Shown: one piece after another, positions 1-10,753 of the stretch
How the letters are laid out: each line of letters begins with the position of its first letter
Position numbering within the stretch: position 1 is the first letter of the stretch
Assembly (NCBI GenBank): GCA_964367355.1
Contig: CAYIWY010000001.1
Span: 100,340 to 164,339, forward strand
Direction of reading: 5' to 3'
Source of the DNA: an uncultured Gammaproteobacteria bacterium
GTDB lineage: Bacteria; Patescibacteriota; Microgenomatia; Woykebacterales; RBG-16-39-9b
DNA length: 64,000 nt
The notes under the pieces: generated by a model
Told to the model about the DNA's origin: nothing
The model's database searches: none
The model's input: only the letters and a program-made list of their open reading frames with translations
Translations under genes and position numbers: made by a program

Positions 1-606
1 TATCGTTTTGGTCTTTGGCAACTTTAGAGATTTTCACAACTACACCCTCACCCTCAATAACTTCACCAAAAATTGTATGTTTGTTATTTAAATATTCCGT
101 TGGGGCTACTGTAATAAAGAATTGACTACCATTGGTGTTGGGACCAGAATTAGCCATCGCCAACATCCCAGGTTTTGCAAATGTTAGGTTTTGGTTAAAC
201 TCATCTTCAAATTGATAACCCGGACCGCCGCGTCCTGTACCTTCGGGATCGCCGCCTTGAATCATAAACTGATCGATAACACGGTGAAAAATTAAACCGT
301 TGTAAAAGCCATCTTTAGCCAAGGTTATAAAGTTGCTAACAGTTTTTGGCGTTTTATCTCCGAAAAGTGAAATCGTAAAGTTACCTTGATTGGTGCTAAA
401 CTTAGCCTTCTTTCCGATTAACTCTGACTCTGGTAATATTGCTGGAGACTCTGAATAAGATTTTTTTTCCACCGAATTTTCCTCCTTTGTTTGTTTTTGG
501 TCTGCACTTGAACTATTTTCTTTGCCTTGTTTTCCACTTGTTACTAGGGTGAAGAAGACACCGCCGACTATTAGTAGTGAAACTAGAATAAAAGGTAAGT
601 TTTTCA
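1..606 (-). CDS. Peptidyl-prolyl cis-trans isomerase, cyclophilin type, with N-terminal signal/TM. The start codon is at 606 and the 3' end runs off the window.
   Basis: The minus-strand translation contains [37 protein letters not shown] and KHTIFGEV, which are cyclophilin hallmarks. It is absent from the ORF track because it is partial. Confidence 0.8.
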
Positions 607-650
607 TAAATCTTCATTTTGGCAGATTTATTGTAAATGGTAAAAAATAA

Positions 651-1010
651 TTATACCAGATTAATTTTATCATCAAGTTTTATTGAAAATTTCTCAATTG
701 AGTGAGTAGGCATTTCCAGAACATATTTTGCTTGCCAAACAATTGGCGAGATTCTGAACGGTTTTAGATAACTAACCAATCTTATTATATGCATATTTTT
801 ATCAAGAAAAACTAAATCCATTGGGAAACGTACAAAGAATGTGTGAACTGAGTTGGTATTTGTTAATAGTAAACCATTGAAGTCTCCAAAACTTTTCCAA
901 CCAATTACTCCAATACCAATACTAATAATATCGTTGGCTTGTTTTATTTTCGTCAAATTGACTTTACTCATGCTAATTAATAATACCAGATTGTTGACAG
1001 TTAGCTTCAA
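651..1010 (-). CDS. DUF192-family protein with N-terminal signal/TM
   Basis: The FPMDLVFLDKNMHII and AKYVLEMP motifs resemble the DUF192 core (iPLDiiFlD ... yVLEl). Confidence 0.55.
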   Translation of the reverse strand: MKLTVNNLVLLISMSKVNLTKIKQANDIISIGIGVIGWKSFGDFNGLLLTNTNSVHTFFVRFPMDLVFLDKNMHIIRLVSYLKPFRISPIVWQAKYVLEMPTHSIEKFSIKLDDKINLV

Positions 1011-1022
1011 GCTGTATATAAT
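994..1022 (+). promoter_or_regulatory. Consensus sigma70 promoter (TTGACA-17 nt-TATAAT) for the str operon
   Basis: TTGACA lies at 994-999, an exact 17-nt spacer follows, and TATAAT lies at 1017-1022, about 40 nt upstream of rpsL. Confidence 0.7.
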
Positions 1023-1063
1023 CGGTCAGCTACCAGAATTAGGTAGTTTTTTGAACGTAAATT

Positions 1064-1483
1064 ATGCCTACTATAGCACAACTTATACGCAAGGGGCGTA
1101 AAAAAACATCAAAGAAAGTGAAGGCGACTGCGCTTCGGGCAAGTTTTAATGCCAAAGACCGCCGGCCAGTTTCAACATTCAACCCGCAAAAACGGGGAGT
1201 TTGTGTAGTGGTAAAGACAATGACTCCAAAAAAACCAAACTCTGCTTTACGAAAAGTTGCACGTGTTAGATTATCAAATCGTAAGGAAGTGACAGCCTAT
1301 ATTCCAGGAATTGGCCACGAATTACAAGAGCATTCTATTGTTTTAGTTAGAGGCGGACGTGTCAAAGATTTACCTGGTGTAAAATACCACATTGTTCGTG
1401 GGCATTTTGATGCTTCTGGAGTACAAAATCGTAAACAAGGTCGTAGTAAATACGGAGCTAAAGCAATGAAAGAGAGTAAATAG
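1064..1483 (+). CDS. rpsL: 30S ribosomal protein S12. It is 139 aa and has an insertion near the N-terminus.
   Basis: [11 protein letters not shown] ... [11 protein letters not shown] ... [17 protein letters not shown]. Confidence 0.95.
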   Translation: MPTIAQLIRKGRKKTSKKVKATALRASFNAKDRRPVSTFNPQKRGVCVVVKTMTPKKPNSALRKVARVRLSNRKEVTAYIPGIGHELQEHSIVLVRGGRVKDLPGVKYHIVRGHFDASGVQNRKQGRSKYGAKAMKESK

Positions 1484-1550
1484 ATCGCTTCGCGCTCTGC
1501 GACTAGGAAGTCTAAATTATTAATGAGATAAATAGTTAGTTTAGGAAATT

Positions 1551-2027
1551 ATGCCAAGAAGTGGACGTATAATTAAAAGAAAAATTGAACCAGACCCAAT
1601 TTACGGAAGTAGATTGCTCACTCGTTTTACAAACCGTTTAATGTTTGATGGTAAAAAAAGCACGGCCTCAAGAGTTATTTATTCTGCACTTGAGATGATT
1701 AAAGAAAAAAACCAAAATCCTCTCGAAGTTTTTGAAAATGCTTTGAAAAACGTATCTCCTAGAATGGAAGTTAAATCCAGGCGTGTTGGCGGAGCCAACT
1801 ACCAGGTTCCAATGGAAGTTCGTGGAGACCGCAAAGAAGCCTTAGCGATTCGTTGGATTATTACTGCTGCCGACAGTCGGCCAAGTACTGAGTACAAAAC
1901 CATGGCTGCTAAACTAGCAGCTGAGTTTATGGATGCAGCCAACAACACTGGTGTTGCAATCAAGAAAAGAGATGATACTCACCGAATGGCGGAAGCGAAT
2001 AAGGCGTTCTCTCATTTTCGCTGGTAG
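1551..2027 (+). CDS. rpsG: 30S ribosomal protein S7
   Basis: S7 signature; lies in the str operon. Confidence 0.95.
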   Translation: MPRSGRIIKRKIEPDPIYGSRLLTRFTNRLMFDGKKSTASRVIYSALEMIKEKNQNPLEVFENALKNVSPRMEVKSRRVGGANYQVPMEVRGDRKEALAIRWIITAADSRPSTEYKTMAAKLAAEFMDAANNTGVAIKKRDDTHRMAEANKAFSHFRW

Positions 2028-2108
2028 CGAAAACTCGCTGCCGCCTTGCATTTTGGCTGCGCCAAAAAGTAAAGCTTAGCAGACTAACACCAAGGGGGGT
2101 GTTTTTTG

Positions 2109-2354
2109 ATGGAAAATAAACAAGCAGAAGAAAAGTTAAAAGATTTTGAAAAACTTGTCGAAGATAAGAAAACAGAATCAGAAAAATCTACTTTTCTGCA
2201 AGGATTGGGGGATAGGAGCAACTTACCTTGGCACCAGCAAGACTGGCCAATCGAGACGATAGCTAGGAAAAGTTTACTAACGGCAATAATTATAATGGTA
2301 GTTGGTTTTATCGTCGTAGCGTTATTGGTCGCAATTTTTAACTGGAAATATTAA
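2109..2354 (+). CDS. Small hypothetical protein with a C-terminal TM helix, inserted between rpsG and fusA
   Basis: The SD aaggggggtg lies 8 nt upstream of the ATG. The product is a charged N-terminus followed by one hydrophobic helix. I recognise no homolog. Confidence 0.45.
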   Translation: MENKQAEEKLKDFEKLVEDKKTESEKSTFLQGLGDRSNLPWHQQDWPIETIARKSLLTAIIIMVVGFIVVALLVAIFNWKY

Positions 2355-2359
2355 ATTTT

Positions 2360-4480
2360 ATGGCAAAAGAAGTTACGCTTGATAAGATTCGAAATATTGG
2401 AATTATTGCTCATATTGATGCCGGGAAAACCACGGTGACTGAACGTATCCTTTTTTATACTGGAAAAACTTATAAAATTGGTGAAGTTCATGAAGGTGCT
2501 GCGGTTATGGATTGGATGGCACAGGAACGGGAACGTGGTATCACGATTACCTCAGCGGCCACAACAGCCTTTTGGACTACCAATGTCGGTCCAAACAAAG
2601 ATCAAAAACACCGTATTAATATAATTGATACTCCTGGGCACGTCGACTTTACCGCCGAAGTTGAGCGTTCACTAAGAGTTCTCGACGGCGGTGTTGTCGT
2701 TTTTGATGGTAAAATGGGAGTTGAGCCGCAGTCCGAAACTGTTTGGCGTCAAGCCGACAAGTATCACGTCCCACGAGTTTGTTTTGTTAATAAATTAGAT
2801 GCTATTGGCGGTGATTTTTATATGTCGCTCGATTCGATTAAAGAGCGTCTTGGTGCTAACGCTCATCCGATTCAACTTCCAATTGGGGAAGAAAACGGCT
2901 TTAAAGGTTTGGTCGATTTAATCCGCCGCAAAGCTTTAGTCTATACGGAAGACATGACCAAAGATCCAGAGGAAGTTGAAATCCCAGCCGATATGAAGGA
3001 AAAGGTTGAAGAGTATCGTTCAAAACTGGTTGAAGCAGTTGCCGAGCAAAACGACGACCTACTGGAAAAATATCTTGGTGGGCAAGAATTAACCGAAGAG
3101 GAAATTGTCAAAGGTTTACGCGCTGCAACGGTTAATTACAAAATTGTACCAGTCCTTTGCGGATCAGCTTTGAAAAATAAAGGGGTTCAGCCGCTTCTCA
3201 ATGCTGTTGTAGACTATCTTCCCTCACCGCAGGAATTACCGGCAGTTAAGGGAGAAAATCCTAAAACTGGAGCAGAAGAAGAAAGAAATACTGATGATAA
3301 TGAACCGTTTTCGGCCTTTGCTTTTAAAGTTATGACCGATCCGTTTGTGGGACGATTAACATATTTCCGAGTTTACTCTGGAAGTATTACTGCCGGTTCT
3401 TACGTCTATAATTCAACTAAGAATTCAAAAGAGCGTTTAGGTCGTATTCTTTTAATGCATGCCAATAACCGCGAAGATATTACCGAAATCAATGCTGGAG
3501 AAATTGGGGCAGCCGTTGGTTTGAAAGATACTTTCACTGGAGATACTCTTTGCGACGAAGCAAAACCAATTGTTTTGGAAAAAATTACTTTTCCCGAACC
3601 GGTTATTTCACTAGCAATTGAGCCAAAGACAAAGTCCGATCAAGAGAAAATGGGTATCGCCCTGTCAAAACTTTCTGAAGAGGATCCAACCTTTACTGTC
3701 AAAACTAACCAGGAAACAGCGCAGGCAATCATTTCTGGAATGGGTGAACTACATTTGGATATTATTGTTGATCGAATGAAGCGAGAATTTAATGTCGAAG
3801 CCAATGTCGGGCGTCCGCAGGTTGCCTATAAAGAAACGATCCATAAAATTGCCCAGGGTGAAGGTAAGTATATTAGGCAATCTGGAGGTCGAGGTCAGTA
3901 CGGCCATTGTTTAATTCGAGTGGAGCCTAAAGCACGCGGTGAGGGCTACGAATTTGTTTCTGAGATTGTTGGTGGAACAATTCCAAGAGAATTTATCAAC
4001 CCGATTGAAAAAGGGGTTAAGGAAGCCATGGACACCGGTGTCTTAGCTGGTTACCCAATGGTTGATATGAAGGTTGCAGTTTATGATGGTAGTTACCATG
4101 AGGTTGACTCGAGCGAATTTTCTTTCAAAATTGCAGGGAGTATGGCTTTGAAAGATGCTACCAGAAGGGCCGATCCGGTTATACTTGAGCCAATCATGAA
4201 AATCGAAGTCGTAACCCCGGAAGACTTCTTGGGAGATGTTATCGGGGATTTATCAAGTAAACGAGCGCAAATCGAAGGTAATGAACCGCGCGGAAATGTA
4301 CGGGTTGTGAAGGCTCAAGTACCACTTGCGGAAATGTTTGGTTATGTCACTACACTTCGAAGCATGACTCAAGGTCGGGCAAGTTCTAATATGGAACCGT
4401 CGCACTATCAAGAGGCACCGACTAGTGTTGCAAATGCAATAATAGCTAAAAATACCAAAGGCGAAAACAGCTCTGGTTAA
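2360..4480 (+). CDS. fusA: Elongation factor G
   Basis: AHIDAGKTT and DTPGHVDF GTPase motifs; 706 aa. Confidence 0.96.
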   Translation: MAKEVTLDKIRNIGIIAHIDAGKTTVTERILFYTGKTYKIGEVHEGAAVMDWMAQERERGITITSAATTAFWTTNVGPNKDQKHRINIIDTPGHVDFTAEVERSLRVLDGGVVVFDGKMGVEPQSETVWRQADKYHVPRVCFVNKLDAIGGDFYMSLDSIKERLGANAHPIQLPIGEENGFKGLVDLIRRKALVYTEDMTKDPEEVEIPADMKEKVEEYRSKLVEAVAEQNDDLLEKYLGGQELTEEEIVKGLRAATVNYKIVPVLCGSALKNKGVQPLLNAVVDYLPSPQELPAVKGENPKTGAEEERNTDDNEPFSAFAFKVMTDPFVGRLTYFRVYSGSITAGSYVYNSTKNSKERLGRILLMHANNREDITEINAGEIGAAVGLKDTFTGDTLCDEAKPIVLEKITFPEPVISLAIEPKTKSDQEKMGIALSKLSEEDPTFTVKTNQETAQAIISGMGELHLDIIVDRMKREFNVEANVGRPQVAYKETIHKIAQGEGKYIRQSGGRGQYGHCLIRVEPKARGEGYEFVSEIVGGTIPREFINPIEKGVKEAMDTGVLAGYPMVDMKVAVYDGSYHEVDSSEFSFKIAGSMALKDATRRADPVILEPIMKIEVVTPEDFLGDVIGDLSSKRAQIEGNEPRGNVRVVKAQVPLAEMFGYVTTLRSMTQGRASSNMEPSHYQEAPTSVANAIIAKNTKGENSSG

Positions 4481-4633
4481 ACAAAGCTGGTTAATTGTTG
4501 ACTTGATCTGGTAAAATGTCTTCGGTTAATTACTTGTTGCTACTAGCAACATAACAGTTGTTGTGATAGAATAGCTTCGTCCTGAAGCTAGGTCAGTTAT
4601 TAAAATTATTAAAATTGTCAGGAGGAATTTTAC

Positions 4634-5824
4634 ATGGCAGAATCAAAGAAATTTGAAAGAACCAAGCCGCACGTTAATGTTGGAACTATTGGGCATGTTG
4701 ATCACGGTAAGACCACATTGACCGCTGCAATTACTAAAGTATTGGCCGACAAAGGTATGGCTGATTTTCGTGCCTTTGATAGTATTGACAACGCTCCAGA
4801 AGAGCGCCAGCGTGGTATTACGATTGCTTTAGCTCATGTTGAGTACGAAACTGAAAAAAGACATTACGCCCACATTGATGCTCCGGGACACGCTGATTAT
4901 GTTAAGAACATGATTACCGGTGCTGCTCAAATGGATGGAGCAATTCTCGTTGTATCTGCAGCTGATGGTCCGATGCCACAAACCAGGGAACACATCTTGC
5001 TTGCTAAACAAGTTGGAGTTCCAGCAATTGTTGTTTTCATGAACAAGTGTGACACGGTTGATGACAAAGATCTTTTGGACCTTGTTGAAGAAGAAATTCG
5101 AGAGCTTTTGACAAAATATGAATACCCTGGAAAAGATGTACCTGTAATTCGTGGTTCAGCCCTAAAAGCACTTGAAGGTGACGCTGAAGCAGTCAAAGGA
5201 ATTGAAGAGTTAATGAGTAAAGTTGATGACTACATTCCTACTCCAGTACGAGAACTTGATAAGCCTTTCTTGATGCCAGTTGAAGATGTTTTCTCAATCA
5301 AAGGACGAGGAACTGTTGTCACGGGAAGAATTGAACGTGGTAAGGTGAAAGTAAACGAAACAGTTGAAATCGTTGGAATTAGACCAAAAAGCACAAACAC
5401 AGTTGTTACTGGAGTGGAAATGTTCCGCAAACTTCTTGATGAAGGCCAAGCCGGCGACAATGTTGGTTTACTACTTCGTGGTATTGAAAAAGACGATGTT
5501 GAACGCGGTCAAGTAGTTGCAGCACCAAACTCAATCAAACCACATACCGAATTTGAAGCTGAAGTTTATGTTTTGACTAAAGAAGAAGGTGGACGTCACA
5601 CCCCATTCTTTTCTGGTTACCGACCACAGTTTTATCTTCGAACAACCGATGTAACTGGTGAAACTACACTAGCTGAAGGAACAGAGATGGTGATGCCTGG
5701 TGATAACACTAAAATGAAAGTCAAACTTATTGGACCGATTGCTCTTGAAGAAGGTTTAAGGTTTGCTATCCGAGAAGGCGGTCACACTGTCGGAGCTGGA
5801 GTTATTACAAAGATTATTGCTTAA
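4634..5824 (+). CDS. tuf: Elongation factor Tu
   Basis: [18 protein letters not shown] and NKCD motifs; 396 aa. Confidence 0.97.
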   Translation: MAESKKFERTKPHVNVGTIGHVDHGKTTLTAAITKVLADKGMADFRAFDSIDNAPEERQRGITIALAHVEYETEKRHYAHIDAPGHADYVKNMITGAAQMDGAILVVSAADGPMPQTREHILLAKQVGVPAIVVFMNKCDTVDDKDLLDLVEEEIRELLTKYEYPGKDVPVIRGSALKALEGDAEAVKGIEELMSKVDDYIPTPVRELDKPFLMPVEDVFSIKGRGTVVTGRIERGKVKVNETVEIVGIRPKSTNTVVTGVEMFRKLLDEGQAGDNVGLLLRGIEKDDVERGQVVAAPNSIKPHTEFEAEVYVLTKEEGGRHTPFFSGYRPQFYLRTTDVTGETTLAEGTEMVMPGDNTKMKVKLIGPIALEEGLRFAIREGGHTVGAGVITKIIA

Positions 5825-5850
5825 GAAAAGAGTAAGACCAACAAAATTTT

Positions 5851-6159
5851 ATGGCAAAGGGTCGTATTAGAGTACGTTTAAAGTCATATGATAGCCGAGT
5901 CATCGATGACTCTGCAGAAGAGATTTTGGATACCGCTATCCGCACTGGTGCAAAGGTAGCAGGTCCTGTTCCTCTACCAACCGACAAAGAGCGGTTTACG
6001 GTAACCACTTCTCCCCACGTAGATAAAGATGCTCGTGAGCAGTTCGAAATTCGAACTCACAAGCGGCTTATTGATATTATCGAGCCAACACCAAAAACCC
6101 TTGATGCACTTATGCATCTTGAACTACCAGCCGGTGTCGATATTGAGATAAAGATGTAA
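5851..6159 (+). CDS. rpsJ: 30S ribosomal protein S10
   Basis: [10 protein letters not shown] ... S10 signature. Confidence 0.95.
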   Translation: MAKGRIRVRLKSYDSRVIDDSAEEILDTAIRTGAKVAGPVPLPTDKERFTVTTSPHVDKDAREQFEIRTHKRLIDIIEPTPKTLDALMHLELPAGVDIEIKM

Positions 6160-6162
6160 CCG

Positions 6163-6215
6163 TCAAAAACGGTTTTTCTTTTAGAAAAAGCCTAAAAAAG
6201 GCTTTTTTCTTTTCG
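6163..6215 (+). terminator. Two tandem terminator-like hairpins with T-runs between rpsJ and rplC. They may be an attenuator.
   Basis: aaccgtcaaaaacggtttttctttt and aaaagcctaaaaaaggcttttttctttt. Confidence 0.5.
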
Positions 6216-6262
6216 GGAAAATATGTAGATCTCTAAAGAGCTCTGCATTTAGTAAGAACAAA

Positions 6263-7042
6263 ATGTTGAAAGCATTGATTGGGAAAAAACTAAATATGTC
6301 ACAGATGTTCGACTCGCATGGTCGGGTAACTCCAGTGACAAAAATAAAGTTTGAGCCAAATGTTATCGTAGCCTTAAAAGAGAAAGAAACCGATGGTTAC
6401 AAAGCAGTACAGATTGGTTCTGGGAATTCTAGGAAAGTGACAAAGTCTTTACAAGGACACTTTGATAAGGCCAAATTAGTTAACAAACCTAGAATATTGA
6501 AAGAAGTTAGTTTTGATGGTGAATTGAAACTTGGTCAGGAAGTAATAATCGAGGAGGTTTTTCATAAAGGCGCTTTGGTTGATGTTGTCGGTAAATCTAA
6601 GGGTAAAGGATTTGCTGGTGTAGTAAAAAGACATGGTTTTCATGGAGGTCCAAAGACCCATGGTCAGTCCGATCGTCATCGTGCTCCAGGGTCAATCGGT
6701 TCGGGAACTACTCCCGGACGTGTTATGAAGGGTTTAAAAATGCCTGGTCATATGGGAGACGAGCGAGTAAGCATTTTCGGATTAGAAGTAATGCAAGTTG
6801 ACAAAGATGAGAACATTTTGGTTGTAAAAGGTTCAGTCCCTGGTCCAACTGGTGCTGTTGTTTTAGTGAAAAAATCAAAGAAGAAGAAAGCAGACTATCA
6901 CGAACCAGAAATTCCAGCCATGCCTACTATTGGTGGGAGTACAGAAGAGGAAAAACCAGCTGAAAACCAGGAAATTTCTACTGAAAATAAAGCTGTAGAG
7001 GTAAAAGTGGAAGAAACAAATACTGAAAAGATTAAGGAATAA
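6263..7042 (+). CDS. rplC: 50S ribosomal protein L3 with a C-terminal extension of about 50 aa
   Basis: LIGKKLNMSQMF ... L3 core, followed by a Lys/Glu-rich tail. Confidence 0.93.
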   Translation: MLKALIGKKLNMSQMFDSHGRVTPVTKIKFEPNVIVALKEKETDGYKAVQIGSGNSRKVTKSLQGHFDKAKLVNKPRILKEVSFDGELKLGQEVIIEEVFHKGALVDVVGKSKGKGFAGVVKRHGFHGGPKTHGQSDRHRAPGSIGSGTTPGRVMKGLKMPGHMGDERVSIFGLEVMQVDKDENILVVKGSVPGPTGAVVLVKKSKKKKADYHEPEIPAMPTIGGSTEEEKPAENQEISTENKAVEVKVEETNTEKIKE

Positions 7043-7061
7043 ATTAATATAATCTAGAACT

Positions 7062-7084
7062 TATATCTCGCTAAAGCGTGATAT
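7062..7084 (+). promoter_or_regulatory. Conserved hairpin tatatcTCGCtaaaGCGtgatat (followed by tttgaagac) 12 nt upstream of rplD. Sister copies lie upstream of rpmC at 10717-10739 and rplE at 11861-11884.
   Basis: Three near-identical copies lie inside the r-protein operon, each just 5' of a start codon. Confidence 0.55.
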
Positions 7085-7096
7085 TTTGAAGACAAA

Positions 7097-7816
7097 ATGG
7101 AAAAAAAGATTACAGCAGTAAAAAAGAAAATAACAAAAGAAGCAAAACCAAATGAAGGTAAAGAAGTTGTCAAGAAAAAAACTCCCTTTTCAGTTGAGGT
7201 TTTTGATATCTTCGGAAAAAGTGTTGATCAAATTGAACTCTCACGAGAGGTCTTTGGAGTTAAACCAAACAAAGACTTGATTGCCCAGGCAGTTAGAGTT
7301 TTTTTAGCTAACCAAAGAGAAGGTAATGCAGATACAAAAGTACGTGGAGAAGTTCGAGGAGGCGGTCGCAAACCGTGGAAACAAAAAGGTACTGGTAGAG
7401 CTAGAATTGGATCCACGCGTGCCCCACATTGGCGAGGCGGAGGAGTTACTTTTGGACCAACACCAAGAGATTTCTCATTAAGTTTACCTAAAAAAATGAA
7501 AAAAGCAGCTTTAATTTCTGCTTTGTCGGCAAAGTTTAGTGATAAAGCCATAGTAGTGTTAAAAGACCTTAAATTTAAAGAAGCAAAAACAAAGGAAGCA
7601 GTAGCGATGTTAAAGAATTTAAATATTAAAGAAAAAAACATGATTGTGGCAACAAGTTTTGATAATACCGAAAAACGAGCTTTGGCAAACTTAACCAAAA
7701 CAAAAATACAAAGAGCCAGTGATCTAAATGTTTACGAGGTACTTAATAATAAAAAGATGTTAATAACAAAAGAGGCCGTTGGAAAAATTGAAGAAATCTT
7801 AAAAGGCAAGGAATAG
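7097..7816 (+). CDS. rplD: 50S ribosomal protein L4 with a Lys-rich N-terminal extension
   Basis: L4 core GGGRKPWKQKGTGRAR. Confidence 0.93.
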   Translation: MEKKITAVKKKITKEAKPNEGKEVVKKKTPFSVEVFDIFGKSVDQIELSREVFGVKPNKDLIAQAVRVFLANQREGNADTKVRGEVRGGGRKPWKQKGTGRARIGSTRAPHWRGGGVTFGPTPRDFSLSLPKKMKKAALISALSAKFSDKAIVVLKDLKFKEAKTKEAVAMLKNLNIKEKNMIVATSFDNTEKRALANLTKTKIQRASDLNVYEVLNNKKMLITKEAVGKIEEILKGKE

Positions 7817-7818
7817 TT

Positions 7819-8112
7819 ATGGATGTGAGCAAAGTAATTGTTAAACCAGTCTTAACGGAAAAATCCTTAAAAGATGCTTCTCGTGGCGAGTATACATTTG
7901 TCGTTGACAAAGATTCTTCAAAAAGCCAGATCTTAAGGGCAGTAAAAGAATTATTTAAGGTTGATGTGCTATCAGTTAGTACAAGAACAACCAAAGGTAA
8001 ATCTAAAAGAGTTTTTAGAACTAGAGTTAGAACTACTTTGGGACCGATCAAAAAAGCAACCGTAAAAATTGGTAAGGATCAGAAGATAGATATATTTGAG
8101 GTAAAAAGCTAA
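7819..8112 (+). CDS. rplW: 50S ribosomal protein L23
   Basis: Position and L23 signature. Confidence 0.9.
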   Translation: MDVSKVIVKPVLTEKSLKDASRGEYTFVVDKDSSKSQILRAVKELFKVDVLSVSTRTTKGKSKRVFRTRVRTTLGPIKKATVKIGKDQKIDIFEVKS

Positions 8113-8936
8113 TGGCTATTCAAAGAATTGGTGGGAATACCCCATCGAATCGTTTTGCAACGAGGGTAAAAGAAAATATTTCAAAAAAGCGGCCGGAGAA
8201 ACGGTTAACTTCAGCTTTACCAAAAACCGGTGGTCGTGACGCATCTGGTCAGGTTAGTGTGCGTCAAATTGGCGGTCGTCACAAAAGACTTTATCGCGAG
8301 ATTGATTTTAAAAGAAATAAGTTTGATGTAGCCGGTAAGGTTGTTTCGGTCGAATATGATCCAAACAGAACCTGTTTTATTGCCCAAGTTAATTATATAG
8401 ACGGTGAAAAGAGATATATTCTTGCTCCGTTGGGTCTCGAAATTGGAGTGGAGGTTGTTTCTGGAGAAAAAGTTGAGATCAGGATGGGAAATGCCATGCC
8501 TTTGAAGAACATTCCTGTTGGGACGGTTATTCACAATGTCGAGCTTATTCCAGGGAGAGGAGGAGCGATCGTTCGTTCCGCTGGGGCAAGTGCAACGTTG
8601 ATGGCAAAAGAAGGTGGTTTTGCACACTTGCGTTTACCTTCAACTGAGGTAAGAAAAGTTAGTGTTAATTGTATGGCGACAATTGGAAGTTTAGGAAACC
8701 TTGATTGGAAAAACATAACTCTTGGAAAAGCTGGACGAAGTCGCAGAATGGGTATTCGCCCGACTGTTCGAGGAGTCGCCCAAAACCCAAGTAGCCACCC
8801 ACACGGTGGAGGAGAAGGCCGTTCCGGTATCGGAATGAGTTCTCCTAAAAGTCGCTGGGGTAAGAAAACATTGGGAAAGAAAACAAGGAATAAGAGAAAA
8901 AGTAATAAATTAATTGTCCAAGGAAGGAAACGATAG
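8112..8936 (+). CDS. rplB: 50S ribosomal protein L2
   Basis: GRNN..GR.T...RGGGHKR-like core; [11 protein letters not shown]. Confidence 0.95.
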   Translation: MAIQRIGGNTPSNRFATRVKENISKKRPEKRLTSALPKTGGRDASGQVSVRQIGGRHKRLYREIDFKRNKFDVAGKVVSVEYDPNRTCFIAQVNYIDGEKRYILAPLGLEIGVEVVSGEKVEIRMGNAMPLKNIPVGTVIHNVELIPGRGGAIVRSAGASATLMAKEGGFAHLRLPSTEVRKVSVNCMATIGSLGNLDWKNITLGKAGRSRRMGIRPTVRGVAQNPSSHPHGGGEGRSGIGMSSPKSRWGKKTLGKKTRNKRKSNKLIVQGRKR

Positions 8937-8937
8937 A

Positions 8938-9222
8938 ATGTCTAGATCGCTAAAAAAAGGTCCTTATGTGGACGCGAAACTTTTGAAAAAAGTGAAAAAA
9001 GCAAAAGAAGAGAACTCAAGAACTGCAATTAAGACTTGGGCTCGTTCTTCCCAAATCTCGCCAGACATGGTTGGTTTGAATTTCTCAGTGCATAACGGCA
9101 AGAATTTTATCAATGTTTTTGTAACTGAACCGATGGTTGGGCATAGACTTGGAGAGTTTTCTCCGACTCGTAATTTCAGAAGCCACGGTAGAATTACTGA
9201 CAGAACTGTAACGCCAACCTAA
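8938..9222 (+). CDS. rpsS: 30S ribosomal protein S19. The start is the ATG at 8938, not the track's 8914.
   Basis: [12 protein letters not shown] ... The SD aggaagga lies upstream, and rplB stops at 8936. Confidence 0.93.
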   Translation: MSRSLKKGPYVDAKLLKKVKKAKEENSRTAIKTWARSSQISPDMVGLNFSVHNGKNFINVFVTEPMVGHRLGEFSPTRNFRSHGRITDRTVTPT

Positions 9223-9232
9223 GGAGTAAACT

Positions 9233-9571
9233 ATGAGCGAAATAATTGCTGAAGCAAAAAATGTTAGGATCTCGGCCAGAAAAGCCCGTTTGGTTGGGGA
9301 AACCTTATCAGGTAAAAACGCCTTATCTACACTCGAGACTTTAAAGTACGAACCTAGAAAAGCTGGACTTATGATAGCTAAAGTATTAAAATCAGCAATC
9401 GCGAACGCAACTAACAATAATAAGCTTACAGATAAGAAATTGGTTATTAAACAAGTAATCATAAACGAAGGCCAGGATTTAAAAAGAGCAAGACCAAGAA
9501 GTCGAGGTATGTCACATCCTATTCTTAAAAAGAGCAGCCATATAAGAGTAATTTTAGAAGAGTCAAAATAA
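9233..9571 (+). CDS. rplV: 50S ribosomal protein L22
   Basis: Position and L22 signature. Confidence 0.9.
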   Translation: MSEIIAEAKNVRISARKARLVGETLSGKNALSTLETLKYEPRKAGLMIAKVLKSAIANATNNNKLTDKKLVIKQVIINEGQDLKRARPRSRGMSHPILKKSSHIRVILEESK

Positions 9572-9619
9572 TATGAAGAAATATTTAGTAATAAGTAAAA
9601 AGAAAGGTTTTTGTTAATA

Positions 9620-10258
9620 ATGGGACAGAAAGTTAATCCAATAGCCTTTCGGCTTTCGTTAAATAAAGATTGGTCAAGCAAATGGTTTGCTGAAAAAGGT
9701 CGTTATAAAGAACTTTTGGCGATGGATATTAAAATTCGGGAGTTTGTTATGAACAAGCTAAAACCTGCTGGTGTTAGTCGATTGGTAATTGAGCGATCAA
9801 TAAATAAAATTAACGTTATTATCCATGTTTCCAGACCAGGTATGGTTATTGGAAGATCTGGAGCTGGAATTGAGGAAATAAGAAAAGAGCTAGAAAAAAT
9901 GGTTGGTCAAAAAATTTCTGTTAACGTTGAAGAAATCAAAAGACCGGATTTAAATGCTTATCTTGTAGCTCGAGGAATTGCCGACCAAATTGAAAGACGA
10001 ATGCCAGTAAAGAGACTTATGATTCAGTCGTGTGATCGAGTAATGCGTTCAGGGGCACGCGGTGTAAAGATTATTTGTTCCGGAAGATTAGGCGGGTCCG
10101 AAATAGCCCGATATGAAAAACGATCTACTGGAAGTATTCCGCTGCATACTCTGAGAGCTGATATTGATTACGCAGCAGTTCCAGCAAAAACTTTGACAGC
10201 CGGTATTACCGGTGTAAAGGTTTGGATTTACAAGCCAGCAGAAAAGGAAGGTAATTAA
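9620..10258 (+). CDS. rpsC: 30S ribosomal protein S3. The likely start is ATG 9620 (MGQKVNP).
   Basis: [14 protein letters not shown] domain. Confidence 0.93.
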   Translation: MGQKVNPIAFRLSLNKDWSSKWFAEKGRYKELLAMDIKIREFVMNKLKPAGVSRLVIERSINKINVIIHVSRPGMVIGRSGAGIEEIRKELEKMVGQKISVNVEEIKRPDLNAYLVARGIADQIERRMPVKRLMIQSCDRVMRSGARGVKIICSGRLGGSEIARYEKRSTGSIPLHTLRADIDYAAVPAKTLTAGITGVKVWIYKPAEKEGN

Positions 10259-10299
10259 AGGAATATGGCGGTCGCTTCGCGAGCCGCATAATAAGAATT

Positions 10300-10713
10300 A
10301 TGTTGCAACCTAAACGAGTAAAATTTCGTAGGCAGTTTCGGGGCTCTAGAGATGGGGTTGCTACTCGTGGTGCTAATATCGAGTTCGGAGATTTTGGATT
10401 AAAGACAATGGAATCTGGTTGGGTTACGGCTCGTCAAATCGAAGCGGCCCGTCGAGCAATGACACATCACACAAAACGTGGTGGGCGTATTTGGATTAGA
10501 ATTTTTCCTGATAAACCAGTAACCAGAAAACCACTGGAAACACGAATGGGATCTGGAAAAGGTGCAGTTGACCATTATGTTGCCGTCGTAAAACCAGGGA
10601 CTATTTTGTTTGAAATGGGTGGTATCGAGAAAAGCGTTGCTCAAGAGGCAATGCGTTTGGCAGGAAGAAAAATTGCTCTTAATTTAAGATTTATTGATAA
10701 AAACGAAATTTAG
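10300..10713 (+). CDS. rplP: 50S ribosomal protein L16
   Basis: [12 protein letters not shown] ... Confidence 0.95.
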   Translation: MLQPKRVKFRRQFRGSRDGVATRGANIEFGDFGLKTMESGWVTARQIEAARRAMTHHTKRGGRIWIRIFPDKPVTRKPLETRMGSGKGAVDHYVAVVKPGTILFEMGGIEKSVAQEAMRLAGRKIALNLRFIDKNEI

Positions 10714-10753
10714 AATTATATGCCGCTAAAGCGTCATATTTTAGAAGACTAAA

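Noticed and set aside
853-1101. Plus-strand ORF overlapping the DUF192 gene and the rpsL start
   Set aside because: It overlaps the promoter and rpsL. Its composition is not protein-like.
4829-5460. Minus-strand ORFs at 4829-5011, 4927-5196 and 5230-5460, antisense to tuf. Similar antisense ORFs lie inside rplD, rplB, rpsC-rplP, secY, eno, ppsA, pyk, recA and rny.
   Set aside because: They lie entirely within well-supported conserved genes on the opposite strand and have low-complexity composition. They are spurious.
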